From an uncultured Massilimicrobiota sp. (GTDB taxonomy: Bacteria > Bacillota_I > Bacilli_A > Erysipelotrichales > Coprobacillaceae): DNA of 64,000 nucleotides. A model generated the notes under the pieces. The model saw nothing but the letters and a program-made list of their open reading frames with translations, had not been told where the DNA came from and did no database searches. A program made the position numbers and the translations under genes. Below are positions 48,485-58,268 of the stretch, piece after piece (positions within the stretch are counted from its first letter, which is position 1; each line of letters starts with the position of its first letter). The stretch spans positions 5,082 to 69,081 of the forward strand of contig CALUZM010000002.1 in NCBI GenBank assembly GCA_944325245.1. The letters run 5' to 3'.

Positions 48485-49318
48485 GTGAAGAAAAAAATGC
48501 ATTATCTTCTTTTGGTACCTTGTTTGGTTTTATTGATTGTTTTTTTGGTCATGCCATTAATTCAAATCATTTTTCCAACTTTGTTTCCTGAAGGAAGTGG
48601 CTTTAGTTTTGCAAATTATCTGGCTTTTTTTCAAGATGAGTATTATATGACAATTTTTATTAGAACAGTAAGAATTGCTTTGATTTCATCTATTGTCTGT
48701 ATGATTTTGGGGGTGCCAACAGCCTATTTTATTTCTCGATGTGATAAAAAATGGCGTGGTATTTTAATGGCTGTTTCTATTTTCCCCATGTTAACAAATT
48801 CAGTAGTTAGAAGTTTTGCATGGATTAATATTTTAGGAAAAAATGGTGTCATTAATAATATCTTGATGTCTATTGGGATTATTAAGGAACCTATTACAAT
48901 GTTATATACAGAGTTTTCAGTTTTGATTGGTACCATTTATTTGTTTTTACCATTAATGATTATTACTTTGGTTGGTGTTATGGAAAACATTGATAATGAT
49001 ATGATGGAAGCAGCTGAAAGTTTAGGAGCTAGTCGTGTCAAAGCATTTTTAAAAGTGGTATTACCATTGAGTATACCAGGAATTATTGTCGGATGCGTTT
49101 TGGTTTTCACAGGTTCACTCAGTGCCTATACGACACCTCAATTATTAGGAGGACCAAAAAATTTAGTTTTAGCAACATTTATTTCTCAGCAGGCTTTGAG
49201 TTTAAATAACTGGACAGCAGCGAGCGTATTTGCAGTCATTATGATTATTACAACATTAATTGTTATGAAACTTTTAAATGCTATTGCTGCAAAATTAGAT
49301 AAGCGAGGTGAAGTCTAA
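48485..49318 (+). CDS. ABC transporter permease (PotB-like)
   Basis: P.LTNSVVRSFAW..ILG.NG.IN, EAAESLGA EAA motif, PLS.PGI..G. Confidence 0.9.
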   Translation: MKKKMHYLLLVPCLVLLIVFLVMPLIQIIFPTLFPEGSGFSFANYLAFFQDEYYMTIFIRTVRIALISSIVCMILGVPTAYFISRCDKKWRGILMAVSIFPMLTNSVVRSFAWINILGKNGVINNILMSIGIIKEPITMLYTEFSVLIGTIYLFLPLMIITLVGVMENIDNDMMEAAESLGASRVKAFLKVVLPLSIPGIIVGCVLVFTGSLSAYTTPQLLGGPKNLVLATFISQQALSLNNWTAASVFAVIMIITTLIVMKLLNAIAAKLDKRGEV

Positions 49319-50100
49319 TGCGTAAACATAAAGGATTAATGATAATTTCTATTTTGGTATTTGCATTTTTGTTTATACCTTTAATTATTATTGCAGTTAC
49401 AGCTTTTGGATCAGAAGCGACAATTACTTTCCCTATCCATGGTTTTTCATTGCAGTGGTTTGTGAATGTTTTTGAATCAGAAAGCTTTATGAGTTCTTTA
49501 TTGTTGAGTGGTGAAATTGCCTTATTAGCAACTTTATTGGCATTGCTGGTTGGTGTTCCGGCAGCTTATGCATTAGCAAGATATAGTGTAGTGGGGAAAA
49601 AACTTTTGAAAAGTTTCTTCTTATCACCAACGATTATTCCTGGAATTGTTGTCGGGTATGCACTCTATCAATATTTAGTCCTCTCACTGGGATTCCCGGT
49701 TTTTGAAAGTTTACTGTTAGGACATTTCTTAGTTGTTTTACCTTATGTCATTCGTATTGTTGGTTCTTCATTGGATCAGTTTGATTTTGCCATTGAAGAA
49801 GCTGCATTGAGTTTAGGGTGTCAAAAAGGACAAGCTTTCTTTAAAGTGGTTTTACCAAATATTACATCTGGTATCAGTGCTGCTTTTATGTTGTCATTTA
49901 TTAATTCATTTAATAATATTCCTGTATCTATGTTCTTAACAGGACCTGGTGTCACAACTTTACCAACAACACTGATGAATTATATTGAATATAATTATGA
50001 TCCAACGGTTTCAGCCGTTTCTGTATTATTAATGTTAGCAACAATTGTTATTATGTTTATTGTTGAAAAAACATTAGGTATATCAGCACTTGCTAAATAG
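49318..50100 (+). CDS. ABC transporter permease (PotC-like)
   Basis: FP..GFSLQWF, SP.IIPGIV.G, EEAALSLG, TTLP. Confidence 0.9.
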   Translation: MRKHKGLMIISILVFAFLFIPLIIIAVTAFGSEATITFPIHGFSLQWFVNVFESESFMSSLLLSGEIALLATLLALLVGVPAAYALARYSVVGKKLLKSFFLSPTIIPGIVVGYALYQYLVLSLGFPVFESLLLGHFLVVLPYVIRIVGSSLDQFDFAIEEAALSLGCQKGQAFFKVVLPNITSGISAAFMLSFINSFNNIPVSMFLTGPGVTTLPTTLMNYIEYNYDPTVSAVSVLLMLATIVIMFIVEKTLGISALAK

Positions 50101-50111
50101 GAGGAACAATC

Positions 50112-51149
50112 ATGGCATTTTTAAGCTTGAAAGATATAGCAGTCGCATATCATCAAAAAAATTATATTTTACAGGGATTGAATCTTGATATTGAAAAAGG
50201 AGAACTGGTTTCTCTTTTAGGACCATCTGGTTGTGGAAAAACAACAACTTTACGTGTTGTTGCAGGATTTATTGATCCTCAGGAAGGAAACTTCATTTTA
50301 GATGGTGAAGATATGACAAAAGTTCCTGTTCACAAAAGAAATTTTGGATTGGTTTTCCAAAGTTATGCTTTATTTCCACATTTAACAGTTAAAGAAAATA
50401 TTGCATTTGGTTTGAAAATGAGAAAAATGGATAAAGCACAGATGGAAGAAAAAATCAATGAAGTTGTTGAAGTTTGTGATTTAAAAGGATTGACAGATCG
50501 CTTGCCTAAACAATTATCTGGTGGACAACGTCAACGTGTTGCTTTAGCAAGAGCTCTTGTTATTGAACCAAAATTGTTGTTATTAGATGAACCATTAAGT
50601 AATCTAGACGCAAAATTACGTATTCAGATGCGAGTAGAAATCAAAAGATTACAGAAGAAGTTAGGAATCACAACGATTTTTGTAACTCATGATCAGGAAG
50701 AATGTTTTTCAATTTCTGATAAAGTTGCAGTTATGAATAATGGTGTTATTGAACAATATGATACACCTGAAAATATTTACTCAAGACCAAAAACTGAATT
50801 TGTTGCCAGATTTATTGGATTTGAGAACTTCTTTGATTTAACAAAAGTTGAAGAACATCAATACAAAAATCAAAATGGTGATATAGTAAAGGTAGACAAT
50901 GATGACGATTTACAAACATGTAAGGGAACAATTCGTCCTGATGATATTGAAATCGTGACATCTGCTGATAAATATGAAAATCTGATTAGTGGAGAGGTGA
51001 CTGTGAGAACTTTTCTTGGAAAGAGTTATCAATATGAAGTAGATACTTCTATTGGTAAACTTGTAGTAAGCAGTAGTAGTGAGGAAGTTTATAAGCAGGG
51101 AGATAGCATTCAGATGTATTTACCAGCAAATAAAATTGTCTTAGTTTAG
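50112..51149 (+). CDS. ABC transporter ATPase (PotA-like) with TOBE domain
   Basis: GPSGCGKTTTLR, VFQSYALFPHL, LSGGQRQRVALARA, LLDEPLSNLDAKLR, VTHDQEE. Confidence 0.93.
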   Translation: MAFLSLKDIAVAYHQKNYILQGLNLDIEKGELVSLLGPSGCGKTTTLRVVAGFIDPQEGNFILDGEDMTKVPVHKRNFGLVFQSYALFPHLTVKENIAFGLKMRKMDKAQMEEKINEVVEVCDLKGLTDRLPKQLSGGQRQRVALARALVIEPKLLLLDEPLSNLDAKLRIQMRVEIKRLQKKLGITTIFVTHDQEECFSISDKVAVMNNGVIEQYDTPENIYSRPKTEFVARFIGFENFFDLTKVEEHQYKNQNGDIVKVDNDDDLQTCKGTIRPDDIEIVTSADKYENLISGEVTVRTFLGKSYQYEVDTSIGKLVVSSSSEEVYKQGDSIQMYLPANKIVLV

Positions 51150-51167
51150 GAAAGGAAGGTAGAGAAA

Positions 51168-52211
51168 GTGAAGAAATTGTTAGTTGGTTTAATGGCGGGA
51201 GCCATGGTATTAGTTGGTTGTTCTAGTAACAGCGGTAGTGACACAAAAAAATTAGTTGTTTCTACATGGGGATTAAATGCTGATATTGTAAAAAAAGATG
51301 TTTATGAACCGTTTGAAGAGGCTAATGATTGTGAAATTGTTGTTGAAGAAGGAGGAACTTCTGATCGTTATACGAAGTTTGCAAATAATCCTAATTCAGA
51401 TGTAGATATTATTGAATTATCTCAGGCAGAAGCACAAAAAGGATATGCAGCTGACTTGTTTGAAAAATTAGATTATTCTAAAATTGGTAATGCAAAAGAT
51501 TTGATTGATGCTGCTGCTCAATTAAAAGATGAAAATGGTTATGGTGTACCTTATACATTAAACAGTATTGGTATTATCTATGATAAAGAAGCTGTAGGAT
51601 TTGAAATTAAAGAATGGAATGATTTATGGGATACACGTTTAAAAGGACAAATCTCTATTCCAGAAATCACAACAACTTTTGGTCCTGCTATGGTACATAT
51701 TGCAAGTGATTATAAAGGCGTAGATATTACGACAGATGACGGAAAAGCAGCTTTTGAAGCATTAGAAGAATTAAAGCCAAATATTGTCAAAACATATACA
51801 AAATCTTCAGATTTAACAAATATGTTTAGTGCTGGCGAGATATCAGTAGCGGTTGTTGCAGATTTTGGTGTTAGCTTAATTCAAAGTAATAATAAAAACT
51901 GTGAATATGTTGTACCTGCTTCTGGAACATATGCTAATTTTAATACAATTGAAGTCAATAAAAATTCTGATAATAAAGATTTGGCTTACAAATATATTGA
52001 TTGGCGATTAAGTAAAGATTTACAATATAAAGATGCTGTATCTGATTTAAATGAAGCTCCTACAAACAAAACTGTAGAATTAAATGAAGAGGAAGCTTTA
52101 AATAAAACTTATGGTGATGTAGCAGCACGTGCAAAAGTTATTGATTTTAAATTTGTAAACCCATTGTTAGAAGACTGGGTTGATCAATGGACACGTATTT
52201 TAAATAGTTAG
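51168..52211 (+). CDS. ABC substrate-binding lipoprotein (PotD/SBP_bac_6-8 class)
   Basis: Lipobox LVGC, V.TWG, P...N..GIIY, W.DLW, YIDWRLS...Q. Confidence 0.85.
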   Translation: MKKLLVGLMAGAMVLVGCSSNSGSDTKKLVVSTWGLNADIVKKDVYEPFEEANDCEIVVEEGGTSDRYTKFANNPNSDVDIIELSQAEAQKGYAADLFEKLDYSKIGNAKDLIDAAAQLKDENGYGVPYTLNSIGIIYDKEAVGFEIKEWNDLWDTRLKGQISIPEITTTFGPAMVHIASDYKGVDITTDDGKAAFEALEELKPNIVKTYTKSSDLTNMFSAGEISVAVVADFGVSLIQSNNKNCEYVVPASGTYANFNTIEVNKNSDNKDLAYKYIDWRLSKDLQYKDAVSDLNEAPTNKTVELNEEEALNKTYGDVAARAKVIDFKFVNPLLEDWVDQWTRILNS

Positions 52212-52222
52212 GAGATATCATA

Positions 52223-53929
52223 ATGGATCAGCTCATAAAAAATGTGCATGTCTATAATACTTTTACACAGAGTTTTGAAAAGAAGAATGTTTATATCAAA
52301 GAAGATAAGTTTTATTACATTTGTGATGATGAATCTCTCTCTGTTCATAAAGTGATTGATGGCGAAGGAAAGTACATGATTCCTGGGTTGATTGACATCC
52401 ATATGCATATTGAAAGTTCTATGACAATTCCAAGCGAATTTTCACAAGCGGTTTTACCTCATGGGGTCACAACAGTTGTTGCTGACCCACATGAGATAGC
52501 AAATGTTTTTGGAATTCGTGGCATTGAAACAATGATATCCAATGAAACAACATTGGATATTTTTTATGGAATTCCTTCTTCAGTTCCTTCAACAAATACA
52601 TGTTTGGAAACAACTGGAGGAAAAATTGATGTAGAGGATGTTAAACAACTCTTGAAAAATCCACGTATCATGTGTTTAGGTGAAGTTATGAATTTTAAAG
52701 ATTTGATTGGTGGTGAAGAGACTCTCATTAATCAGATTATTCGTACATGTCATCAGGAAAGATGGCAGTTGCCTATAGAGGGGCATTGTCCTAAAATATC
52801 TGGTTTAGATTTGGCACAATATATTTATCAAGGGGTTGATGCGGATCATACGCAACAAACTCCAGAATCTATTGTTGAAAAAATTAAAAATGGAATGTTT
52901 TTAGAAATTCAAAGAAAATCAATGTCTCAAGAGACCATTCAAACATTAGTCAATCATCAGTTCTATGAATATTTTGCATTTGTGACAGATGATGTGATGG
53001 CGGATCAGTTACAGCAGGGTCATCTTAATTTGTTGGTTAAATTAGCATATGATTTAGGTATGCCAATAGAAAAAGCTATTTATTGTGCAACATATACCCC
53101 AGCAAGACGTATGCATATGATTGATCGTGGATGTATCGCACCAGGCAAACTGGCAGATTTTATCTTATTAGATGATTTGTATGATTTTCAAATTCATAGT
53201 GTTTATAAAAAAGGAAAATGTGTCTATCATTGTCATCAAGATATTGTTATTGACGATCAAAAACCTGTTTTTCCACCGGATTTTTATCACTCACTTTATG
53301 CAAAAGAAGCGTCTTTTGAAGATTTTCAGATTGCAGCGTCACAAAAAGAAGTTTTATGCAATGTCATGGAAGTCCAGCCACATTCTACTTTCACAAAACA
53401 TATTCAGATGAAATTACCTGTTAAAGACGGCTATGTTGATTATCAAAGTGCTGGATTATGTTTGCTGACAGTTTTTGAGAGGTATAATAAAAATGGACAT
53501 ATTGCACATGCATTTGTTAAAAACACATTAAAGATGAAAGGTGCTATCGCCACAAGCTGGGCTCATGACCATCATAATATAATGGTTTTAGGAAATTGTG
53601 TAGAAGATATGATTGTTGCACAACATCAGCTGTTAAAGCAACAAGGTGGTTACCTCGTTGTGGAAAATCAACAGATTCAAGCTAATGCATTATTAAATGT
53701 AGGGGGTATTATCAGTGATCAGCCCCTAGCACAATTATCACATGATTTATGTCTTGTGAGAGACGCTATGGAAAAATTAGGCTATGAACATGATAATGGG
53801 ATTATGTCATTGTCGACACTTTCTTTACCCGTTTCTCCAGAATTGAAAATGACAGATTATGGAATGATGGATACATATCATCAGAAGATGATTCCATTGA
53901 TGGAGGAAAATCATGAAGACACTGATTAA
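52223..53929 (+). CDS. ade: Adenine deaminase family amidohydrolase (divergent)
   Basis: PGLIDIHMHIESSM, DPHEIANV.G, LGEVMN, EGH, VTDD, AHDHHN C-terminal domain. Confidence 0.85.
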   Translation: MDQLIKNVHVYNTFTQSFEKKNVYIKEDKFYYICDDESLSVHKVIDGEGKYMIPGLIDIHMHIESSMTIPSEFSQAVLPHGVTTVVADPHEIANVFGIRGIETMISNETTLDIFYGIPSSVPSTNTCLETTGGKIDVEDVKQLLKNPRIMCLGEVMNFKDLIGGEETLINQIIRTCHQERWQLPIEGHCPKISGLDLAQYIYQGVDADHTQQTPESIVEKIKNGMFLEIQRKSMSQETIQTLVNHQFYEYFAFVTDDVMADQLQQGHLNLLVKLAYDLGMPIEKAIYCATYTPARRMHMIDRGCIAPGKLADFILLDDLYDFQIHSVYKKGKCVYHCHQDIVIDDQKPVFPPDFYHSLYAKEASFEDFQIAASQKEVLCNVMEVQPHSTFTKHIQMKLPVKDGYVDYQSAGLCLLTVFERYNKNGHIAHAFVKNTLKMKGAIATSWAHDHHNIMVLGNCVEDMIVAQHQLLKQQGGYLVVENQQIQANALLNVGGIISDQPLAQLSHDLCLVRDAMEKLGYEHDNGIMSLSTLSLPVSPELKMTDYGMMDTYHQKMIPLMEENHEDTD

Positions 53930-55232
53930 AAATGTAACAATTTTAACAATGAATGAACAATTTGATGTTTTTGAAAATGGTCAAATGATTATTGAAGATG
54001 AAAATATCATAGAAATTGGACAAGTTTGTTCTGGGGACTATGATCAATGTATTGATGGGCATCAGGGTATATTATTACCGGGAATGATTAATACACATAC
54101 ACATTTAGGAATGGTACCATTTCGTGGCCTAGGAGATGATTGTCCGGATCGTTTGCGTCGTTTCTTATTTCCACTAGAATCAAAATATATGAGCGCCGAT
54201 CTTGTTTATCATAGTTCATTATATGCTATGGCAGAGATGTTATTGTCAGGTATCACAACTTTTATGGATATGTATTATTTCGAAGATGAAGTTGCTAAAG
54301 CTGCAGATGAAATGAAAATGCGTGCTTTTGTCGGTGAGACAATTGTTGATTTTGCCAGCTGTGACAGTGAGAAACCCTATGGCGGTCTAGACTATTGTGA
54401 ATGGTTTATTCCTAAATGGAAAAATCATCCATTGATTGTTCCTTTTGTAGCGCCTCATGCGACGAATACAAATGATTTGAAACATTTACAGAAGGCTCAT
54501 CAATTGGCTGAAAAATTTGATGTTCCCCTTTCATTTCATGTCAGTGAACTCGATTATGAAATGGATTATTTTCAAAAGACATACCAAATGACACCGATTG
54601 AATTTTTAAATCATTACGGTCTTTTGGATCATCGTCTGGTGGCAGCTCATTGTATTCATATCAATGAACATGATATACAGTTACTTAAAGAAAAGCAAAG
54701 CGCAGTAGCACATTGCTTGGTTTCTAATTTAAAGGCGGGAAAAGGGGTAATGCCGTTACAAGCATTATTAAATCATCATGTACTGGTTGGTCTTGGTACA
54801 GATGGACCTTCCAGTGGTAATACATTAGAATTGTTTTCTATGTTAAAAATGATTGCCTGTGTTCATAAGACTGTTAATCATGATCGTAGTGCTTTTCCAG
54901 CAAGAGATATTCTTGCTTTAGCAACGATTCAAGGCGCAAAAGCTTTACATATTGATCATATGGTGGGCTCTTTGGAAGTCAATAAAAAAGCTGATTTTAT
55001 CATTGTAGAAACAAATTCAGTCAATATGTACCCACTTTATGATCCTTACTCAGCTCTTGTTTATAGTGCCAATGCAAGTCAGGTTGATACAGTCTATGTC
55101 AATGGACAATGTCTGGTTCGTCATAAAAGTCTGCAAAATACATCATTAGATTTATTAAAGAATCATCTCATGACGGCTTCTTTGACTTTCTCTCAAAAAG
55201 CTTTAGAGTATGCTAAAAAAGAGAATATCTAA
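53913..55232 (+). CDS. Amidohydrolase, MTA/SAH deaminase (MtaD)/chlorohydrolase family
   Basis: PGMINTHTH, PHA, HVSE, AAHC, GLGTDG..S, GSLEVNKKAD. Confidence 0.85.
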   Translation: MKTLIKNVTILTMNEQFDVFENGQMIIEDENIIEIGQVCSGDYDQCIDGHQGILLPGMINTHTHLGMVPFRGLGDDCPDRLRRFLFPLESKYMSADLVYHSSLYAMAEMLLSGITTFMDMYYFEDEVAKAADEMKMRAFVGETIVDFASCDSEKPYGGLDYCEWFIPKWKNHPLIVPFVAPHATNTNDLKHLQKAHQLAEKFDVPLSFHVSELDYEMDYFQKTYQMTPIEFLNHYGLLDHRLVAAHCIHINEHDIQLLKEKQSAVAHCLVSNLKAGKGVMPLQALLNHHVLVGLGTDGPSSGNTLELFSMLKMIACVHKTVNHDRSAFPARDILALATIQGAKALHIDHMVGSLEVNKKADFIIVETNSVNMYPLYDPYSALVYSANASQVDTVYVNGQCLVRHKSLQNTSLDLLKNHLMTASLTFSQKALEYAKKENI

Positions 55233-55696
55233 TGATTTATTATTATCAATATTCATCACCATTAGGTGATATGATGCTTGCATCTTTAGACCAGACAATT
55301 GTCTATTGTGGGCAGCCACTTGCTAATGATGAAGGTATCAAAGAGGAAACACCTTATTTACGTCATATAGCAAGACAGCTAGATGAATACTTTCAGGGAA
55401 AAAGAACTTGTTTTGACGTCACTTTTCAATTTTTAAATGGAACTGCTTTTCAACAGAAGGTATGGCAGGCAGTTATCCAGATTCCATATGGAGAAACGCG
55501 AAGTTATCAGGAAATTGCTCAGGCGATTGGACATCCTCGTGCCTATCGAGCAGTAGGGAGTGCTTTACGTGAGTGTCCCATATCTATTTTGATTCCCTGT
55601 CATAGAGTCATCAGTGCTTCAGGGCGTTTAGGTGGATATGGAAATGAAATAGATAAAAAGCTCTTTTTACTTCGTTTAGAGCAGCACTTGTGTTGA
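55232..55696 (+). CDS. ogt: Methylated-DNA--protein-cysteine methyltransferase
   Basis: SPLG, GT.FQ.KVW....IPYGETRSY..IA..IG.PRA.RAVG, IPCHRVI, GGYG. Confidence 0.93.
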   Translation: MIYYYQYSSPLGDMMLASLDQTIVYCGQPLANDEGIKEETPYLRHIARQLDEYFQGKRTCFDVTFQFLNGTAFQQKVWQAVIQIPYGETRSYQEIAQAIGHPRAYRAVGSALRECPISILIPCHRVISASGRLGGYGNEIDKKLFLLRLEQHLC

Positions 55697-55737
55697 TTGC
55701 TTTGATTATGGTAGAATGAAACAAAGGTGGTGTCAGT

Positions 55738-56259
55738 GTGAAAAAAATCAGTATTGAACAATTTGATGAAGTTTATCATTTGTTTCAACAATCTTTCATT
55801 CCAGCAGAGTTAAGACCTTATCAACAGATGAAAGAACTTTTTGAAAAAGATATGTTCACTATTTATGCGCAATATGAAAAAGATGCCTTATTAGGAGCAA
55901 TGATTGTCTGGGAATTAAAGAGTTGTATATATTTAGAAAACTTTGCTGTTGATAGTCAAATGAGAGGAAAAGGATTGGGTAGCCAGTTTCTTAAAGAATT
56001 TTGTTGTTTATACAAAGATGATTTCTTGTTTTTAGAAGTTGAAGAACCACATGATGAAATTTCTAAAAGAAGAATACAATTTTATGAAAAATGGAAGTTT
56101 GTTTTAAATCCATATCATTATCTTCAGCCAACATTTAGAGGTCAGGATCAGCCAGTCTCTTTAACAATGATGACTTATCCACATATCATGAGTGAAGAAC
56201 AATATAAAAAAGTAAAGAAAGAAATATTTGAAGTTGTATATCAAAAGGGAGAATTATGA
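55738..56259 (+). CDS. GNAT family N-acetyltransferase
   Basis: F.PAELR, LENFAVD..MRGKGLGS, LEVE.P, RRI.FYE. Confidence 0.85.
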   Translation: MKKISIEQFDEVYHLFQQSFIPAELRPYQQMKELFEKDMFTIYAQYEKDALLGAMIVWELKSCIYLENFAVDSQMRGKGLGSQFLKEFCCLYKDDFLFLEVEEPHDEISKRRIQFYEKWKFVLNPYHYLQPTFRGQDQPVSLTMMTYPHIMSEEQYKKVKKEIFEVVYQKGEL

Positions 56260-56840
56260 AAGCATTAGAAGAAAAAATAATTAGAGAAGGTATTGTTAAA
56301 AAAGGTAATATTTTAAAAGTAGATAGTTTTTTAAATCATCAGATTGATGTGGCGTTTTTAGATGAGATGGGGAAAGAATTTCAAATGCTTTTTGCTAAGC
56401 ATCCTATCAATAAAATTTTAACGATAGAAGCAAGTGGTATTGGAGTGGCTGTTATGACCGCAAGACATTTTCAAAATGTACCAGTAGTCTTTGCAAAAAA
56501 ATCAAAATCATCTAATATTTCTGATGATTTATATCATACAAAAGTTGATTCATTTACACATCAGAAAACAAATGATGTTGTGATTTCTAAACAATATTTA
56601 AATCAGGATGATCATGTTTTAATTGTTGATGATTTCTTAGCTAATGGATGTGCTGTTTTAGGCTTGATTGATTTGATTCATCAAGCAGGTGCGACTGTTG
56701 AAGGAATTGGTATTGTGATTGAAAAAGGATATCAAAGTGGTGGAAAGAAAATTAGAGAATTAGGTTATCATCTTGAGTCTTTAGCCATTATTGAACACAT
56801 GGATGATGTCAAAGGCGAAATTGTGTTTAGAAAACAATAG
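56256..56840 (+). CDS. xpt: Xanthine phosphoribosyltransferase
   Basis: L.EKI..EG.V..GNILKVDSFLNHQID, TIEASGI, VLIVDDFLANG PRPP motif. Confidence 0.93.
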   Translation: MKALEEKIIREGIVKKGNILKVDSFLNHQIDVAFLDEMGKEFQMLFAKHPINKILTIEASGIGVAVMTARHFQNVPVVFAKKSKSSNISDDLYHTKVDSFTHQKTNDVVISKQYLNQDDHVLIVDDFLANGCAVLGLIDLIHQAGATVEGIGIVIEKGYQSGGKKIRELGYHLESLAIIEHMDDVKGEIVFRKQ

Positions 56841-56876
56841 AAATATCTCGGTGAATCCGAGATATTTTGTTTTTTC
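56840..56876 (+). terminator. Terminator after xpt
   Basis: AAATATCTCGG-TGAAT-CCGAGATATTT followed by Ts. Confidence 0.8.
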
Positions 56877-56933
56877 ATATTGAATAAATAGGCAGAATCA
56901 TGTATTCTATTTATATTAATGGAGGAGAGAACC

Positions 56934-58268
56934 ATGAGTAAAGTAGTTAAGTTTGGAGGAACATCATTAGCTGATGCGACTCAATTTCAAAAAGTCTATG
57001 ATATTATAAAAAGTGATCCTGAAAGACATTTTGTCGTGCCTAGTGCACCAGGAAAAAGATTTAAAGACGATACCAAAGTGACAGACCTTTTATATAAGGT
57101 TTTTTATGCACCAACAAAGAATGAATTTCATTTGATTTTTGATCAGATCAAAGAACGTTTTCAGGAGATTATTGATAGTCTGCATATTGATATATCATTG
57201 GATGATGATTTTGAATTGATTCAAAGAGCATTAGAAGAAGGAGCAAGTGAAGATTTTATAGTGAGTCGTGGAGAATATTTAAATGGAAAGATTTTAGCGG
57301 CTTATCTCGGTTTTGAATTTATTGATGCGAAAGATGTCATATTTATTGATGAATATGGAAATTATGATGCTAAAAAAACTGATCCTGTTTTATCACAAAA
57401 ATTGGAACAGACACCTTATGCTGTTATTCCAGGGTTTTATGGATCATTAAATGATGATAGTGGAAAAATCAAAGCCTTTTCTAGAGGTGGTTCAGATGTG
57501 ACTGGTTCTATAGTTGCAAAAAATGGAAAAGTGGATCTTTATGAAAACTGGACTGATGTATCAGGATTTTTGATTGCAGATCCACGTATTGTGAAAAATC
57601 CAGATGTTATTGAAACGATTACATATAAGGAATTACGAGAATTATCTTATATGGGAGCGTCTGTTTTACATGAAAATTCAGTGTTCCCTGTTCGTAAAGA
57701 GGGAATACCAATCAATATCAAAAATACAAATCGTCCTGAAGATCCAGGAACTTTGATTGTTGAAAGTACTTGTCATAAACCAGCTCACGTGATTACAGGT
57801 ATTGCTGGGACTCAGGGCTTTGCGACAGTTATGATAGAAAAAGATATGATGAATTCAGAAATTGGATTTGGACGTAAGGTTTTGCAGGTTTTTGAAGATT
57901 ATCATCTCTCTTTTGAACATATGCCTTCTGGTATTGATACAATGACTGTAATTGTAAATACTGAAGAGTTTATTGACAAGGAACAAGATATTTTAGCAGG
58001 TCTTCATCGTAGTGTTCATCCTGATTCTATTGTTTTAGAATCAGATTTGGCATTGATTGCAGTTGTTGGTAGAGGTATGAAGGCGAGTCGTGGAACAGCT
58101 GCACGTGTCTTTAAAGCACTTGCGAAAGAAAATATCAATATTAAAATGATTGATCAGGGATCAAGTGAATTAAATATTATTATTGGAGTTCGTAACTGTT
58201 ATTTTAAACCAGCCATTAAAGCTATTTATAAAGAATTCATTGAAAACGATCAACAGGTGAATTCATGA
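56934..58268 (+). CDS. Aspartate kinase with ACT domains
   Basis: VVKFGGTSLAD, VPSAPGK, SRGEYL, FSRGGSD.TG, WTDVSG...ADPRIV, RELSY.GA.VLH, QG.SE.NI. Start at 56934 behind GGAGGAG. Confidence 0.93.
   Translation: MSKVVKFGGTSLADATQFQKVYDIIKSDPERHFVVPSAPGKRFKDDTKVTDLLYKVFYAPTKNEFHLIFDQIKERFQEIIDSLHIDISLDDDFELIQRALEEGASEDFIVSRGEYLNGKILAAYLGFEFIDAKDVIFIDEYGNYDAKKTDPVLSQKLEQTPYAVIPGFYGSLNDDSGKIKAFSRGGSDVTGSIVAKNGKVDLYENWTDVSGFLIADPRIVKNPDVIETITYKELRELSYMGASVLHENSVFPVRKEGIPINIKNTNRPEDPGTLIVESTCHKPAHVITGIAGTQGFATVMIEKDMMNSEIGFGRKVLQVFEDYHLSFEHMPSGIDTMTVIVNTEEFIDKEQDILAGLHRSVHPDSIVLESDLALIAVVGRGMKASRGTAARVFKALAKENINIKMIDQGSSELNIIIGVRNCYFKPAIKAIYKEFIENDQQVNS

Noticed and set aside
56841-56933. Lysine riboswitch before the aspartate kinase
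   Set aside because: The intergenic region is about 90 nt and is occupied by a terminator and promoter; too short and no L-box motifs.
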